Below are positions 58,925 to 64,000 of a DNA stretch of 64,000 bases, piece by piece. Source of the stretch: the human T2T-CHM13v2.0 reference genome, Homo sapiens. Location of the stretch: NCBI RefSeq assembly GCF_009914755.1, contig NC_060938.1; one strand, written 5' to 3'. A program made the position numbers and the translations under genes. The notes under the pieces were generated by a model. The model was not told the origin of the DNA. It worked only from the letters and a program-made list of their open reading frames with translations, and ran no database searches. Numbering within the stretch: the stretch's first letter is position 1; each line of letters starts with the position of its first letter.

Positions 58925-59561
58925 TGTCAGAGGCATCTAAACCAGAGCGACTCCATCTTGAGTAGGGGCTGTGTACTATAAGGCTGAGACCTACTGGGCT
59001 GCATTCCCAAGAGGTGAGGCATTCTAAGTCGCAGGATGAGAGAGGAGGTTGGCACAACATACAGGTCACAAAGACCTTGCTGATAAAACATGTTGCAGTA
59101 AAGAAGCTGGCCAAAACCCACTGAAACAAAGATGGCAACAAAAGTGACCTCTAGTCGTCCTCACTGCTCATCACATGCTAATTATAATGTATTAGCATGC
59201 TAAAAGATACTCCCACCAGTGCCATGACAGTTTACAGATGCCTTGGCAATGTCAGGAAGTTACCCTATGTGGTCTAAAATGGGGAAGTATCCTAGGTTTT
59301 GAGAATTGCCCCCTCCTCCTTTCCTGGAAAACTCATGAATAATCCACCCCCTGTTTAGCATATCATCAAGAAATAACTATAAGTATCCTTAGTCCAGCAG
59401 CCCAAGCTGGTGCTCTGCCTATGGAGTAGCCATTCTTTATTCCTTTTCTTTCTTAATAAACTTGCTTTCACTTTACTCTATGGATTTGCCTCAAATTCTT
59501 TCTTGTGTGAGATCCGAGAACCCTCTCTTAGCATCTGGTTTGGGACCCCTTTCCAGTAACA
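58925..59561 (+). mobile_element. MER41B-like ERV1 solo LTR
   Basis: tgtcagaggc...gactccatcttg...cccctttccagtaaca; TSD-like cctt / gctt. Confidence 0.9.
59321..59329. promoter_or_regulatory. GAS (STAT) motif TTCCTGGAA in MER41
   Basis: Matches TTCNNNGAA at the known MER41 tandem-GAS position. Confidence 0.55.
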
Positions 59562-60239
59562 GCTTTCCTAGGAGTTCTGCCTTCATCTCTCCCAGTGTCG
59601 TTGTGTTGTTTCCCTATCCAAAGAGCTTTAGATCTTGTACAACAACACCTCCTGCGAGCCAGGGACTCCGCTGTGTCATGATAGAATGTGGGCAAAGGAG
59701 AGATGGTCTCTGCCCTTAAGGAGCTGACAGTCCAGCCAGAGAAATACAAATCCTTACACGAAGAGGTAAAGAAGAAAGCACAAAGTGTCTTAAGCCTCAA
59801 GAGCTTGTCAGTGGAGTGCTGAAGAGGAAGTGAGGTTATTTGGAGTTGGGGGGTATAGAGGTTTTTCTAGCTCCCAACAAAGTTCAGACCTATTTTCCCT
59901 ACTTCAGTTCATTTTAGAACTTTACATGTTTATTATTTTAATTTGGCAGTGGGCTGGGTGTGGAAAAGGGAGAATAGCATGAGTAAGAGGGAGAAGAGTC
60001 AAGGGTGGATTTTATAACTTGTACCTCTTTTTGTCTCGGGAAAGTGATCCTGTCTTCTAAGCCAAGACACACTTTGTTCTTCTTAGCCAGGAAAATGAGG
60101 TCTATTCCTTTTTAGTGGTAAATCTGTCAACTCTTCACCAATCCTGTTTTCCACCTTTGCATGCCCATTTGTCATGACTAAGAGAATTGATGTCTGGATC
60201 CACAGACTTTCTTGAAATCCTAATAGAACTCATTTCCCT

Positions 60240-60412
60240 GGGGCCAGAACTAGGCACTAGGATGCAGTAAGAGTGGGCCCTGGAGCATACAATTTAAGGA
60301 GGCCCTTTCATTCCCTGTGGTATAAGGGCAGGCACCTGAGCACCTCCTTAAATTTTTTGCCTCCTGAAATTTTGTGCCCTGAATGCCTCATTTGCCTCAT
60401 GCTAGTCCTGAC
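60240..60412. mobile_element. MER91-like palindromic hAT MITE
   Basis: Inverted aatttaaggagg / cctccttaaatt; end 'gcctcatttgcctcatgctagtcctgacct'. Confidence 0.55.
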
Positions 60413-60622
60413 CTCCACCATCCCCATTTTCTGGAAACTGACAGCACTGCAAATGTAGCAGCTTTCTGTCCAATACTATTGCCATCCCTTAGCATATCCC
60501 TCAGCTGGGCTGAGAAGGCCTTCACCCACGCTTCCTTTAGCCTCTTGAACCCTGTCCATTCTTCCAACCCACCTACAGAAAGAGACAAGGGTATTTAAAT
60601 TATAAACAAATTTTCATTTAAT

Positions 60623-60734
60623 CAACACTAAACAAAACAAACAAAACCTAAACATTTCTACTCCGTCGACACTAAAGAAAACAAACAACACTGAAGAAAA
60701 TAAACAGAAACCAAACATTTCTACTCCATCGACA
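60623..60734. repeat. Compound direct repeat (X-Y-X-X-Y)
   Basis: X ~ cactaaagaaaacaaaca x3; Y ~ aaacatttctactcc(g/a)tcgaca x2. Confidence 0.8.
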
Positions 60735-61296
60735 TAGCCAAGTTAAAAACATTTTTTCCTTTCAAAATTTGCCAAGCTAACTCATGGTATAAAGACATGT
60801 GACATTAATTTCTAGCATTCCTGAGCTGGGCAGTATTACAGCCCTCTCTGGATTTGAAAAATTAAAAGTATTCTTCACTTCAACTCTTAGGAGAGCCAAT
60901 TCTCAAAGGGCAGCTTGCTTTGTTTGTGGAGCTGGAGTGGTGGAGAGAGGTCAGAGCATGAAGGGAATGTCTCCGTGGTTCTCCTAGGATGTGATGAGGG
61001 CTCACTTGGGAGCTCAGGAATCACATCAAAGAGCCCCAGGAGGATCTGAGGAATAAAGATTGAGGCTGTTGGAGAGTCTAAAACATAAACAAGGGCTGCA
61101 AAATTAATAATACAGCGTTCAGTGCATTCTTTGGAACACAGGAAAGTTGGAAGGCTGTTCTTGTGGATACTAGCAATTCTTTCCAATGCTGTCTACTTTT
61201 AGAGAAGACCCTGTCCTTTGGCCTTCTCTTTCACCCATATAGTGTCTCTCTCTGTTTAATACTAGTGGAAAGCTGTTTAATACTAGTGAGATAAAA

Positions 61297-61460
61297 TTCT
61301 TTCTTTCCTTCCTTCCTTCCTTCTTTCCTTCTTTCTTCTTTCCCTCCCTCCCACTCTCCTTCTCTTTTTTCTCTTTCTTTTTCTCCCTCCCTTCCCTCTC
61401 CTTCCCTTCCCCTCCATTCCCTTCCCTTTCCTTCTCTCCCTTGCTTCCCTTCCTTTTATT
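61297..61460. repeat. CT-rich polypyrimidine low-complexity tract
   Basis: About 160 bp of almost only C/T. Confidence 0.9.
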
Positions 61461-61659
61461 TTATTCAGAAATGCGTGTAATCCCAAATCTGAATAAGGGA
61501 AATTGATCATATCATCCCTTGCTTGTCATTAGAAAACAATTAGTTCTCAGAACTTAAATTTTTGGACTGAAGTGATTAAGGTTGAGGCCTGTTGATATGA
61601 TGACAGTGAATTCAGCCTAAATATTGCCTTTTTGGAACACTCCAGGTAAAGTAGCTTCA

Positions 61660-61860
61660 TCCTTATCACACTTATCACTGTCTGAAACTCTTACTGTTTA
61701 AGAGTTGATTGTCTGTCTCTCCCATTAAAAGGTAAGCTCATTGAGAGTAGCGTCTTTGTTTTATTCCTGGCAGGATCTTCAATTAACGTCACTGTGCACA
61801 TTGCACAGTAGGCAATCAATTAATATTGACTGACTGAATGAATGAATATATGAGTGAGTT
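61660..61860 (+). mobile_element. L2 3' end
   Basis: 'ttgtctgtctctccc...gcacagtaggcaatcaattaatattgactgactgaatgaatgaat'. Confidence 0.75.
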
Positions 61861-62301
61861 GTGTTCTAATCATGGATAATCCAAGTAAGCAGTAATACAG
61901 TGTTGGAGTTTTTTCGTTTAGTAGTCTTCTGTCTAAGGTGTATTTGGATACATACACCAGGCAGAAGTTAGGCACTGAGGTTAAGGCAGTGGACAAGACC
62001 AACATAGCTCCCACCTTTGTAGCAGTTAGAGCCTAGTAGAAAATGAAAGCAATCAGCATGTAATTTTGGTGAACTGCATGTTTGCAAGGTATATCTTTAA
62101 TTTGGTTGGTTTGTTTTGGAGGCAAATAATTTAGGTATAACTTGAAGGCTGCTAGGTATATCTTGACAAAGTTTTGAAAGAAATCCAGGGCTTATGGAAG
62201 GGCATATCAGTTAGAGATTGCTCTTCCTGCATATATTAATACCACCTTTTGCCAGAACATAGTCTCGGGGACACCTCAATGCAAGAGATGCTGAGAACTG
62301 T

Positions 62302-63870
<1,569 letters not shown>

Positions 63871-64000
63871 GAGAAGGGGGAATTTATCTGCCTTACTCCC
63901 TCCTGCTTCCTATTGATTGAGGCTCATCCCACAGGAAACAAACCTCTTTCCCCTTTCAGGTTGTGTCAGCTGGCCTGCTTGGGTTGGTCACATCTCATGC

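Larger units (their letters stand above)
58582..59650 (+). mobile_element. Old ERVL LTR (MER73/MER74/LTR53 group) interrupted by MER41
   Basis: 'ttagggacagcccctatgtcctggagtccacaaaattattcaaattagc'. Confidence 0.55.

Noticed and set aside
60623-60734. Repeat-spacer pattern as a CRISPR-like array
   Set aside because: Only two copies of the longer unit, the spacers are themselves repeats, the context is eukaryotic and there are no cas genes

Overview
Repeat-dense primate genomic DNA, most likely a great ape or human because an L1PA2-like element is present. It looks intergenic or intronic. I find no supported cellular protein-coding gene, RNA gene or CRISPR array; nearly all ORF-track entries are Alu/L1/LTR translations. 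Main contents: (1) a ~14.8 kb nested stack built on an ancient full-length L1M (10.6-25.4 kb, minus), which hosts a 5'UTR+ORF1-only L1M, four Alus, a short L1PA 3' end and a full-length L1PA2-like element; (2) a near-full-length L1PB1 (+); (3) a full-length L1PA5/6-like element (minus) with a 17-nt 3' micro-transduction; (4) a complete THE1 MaLR provirus; (5) solo LTRs (MER41B, MER11C inside an Alu, MST); (6) DNA-transposon fossils (MER63 in MER5, MER58A, MADE1 split by an Alu, MER91); (7) about 17 Alus plus MIR/L2. The most noteworthy signals are a consensus splice donor in the L1PA2 antisense/ORF0 unit, an extended ORF0 reading out of the L1PA5 into flanking DNA, a permuted local templated duplication at ~28.0 kb, the micro-transduction, the ORF1-only L1, a TSD-flanked trimeric Alu and discordant THE1 LTRs. 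None of these amounts to a demonstrably new biological system. Subfamily calls come from remembered consensus sequences and need RepeatMasker/Dfam confirmation.
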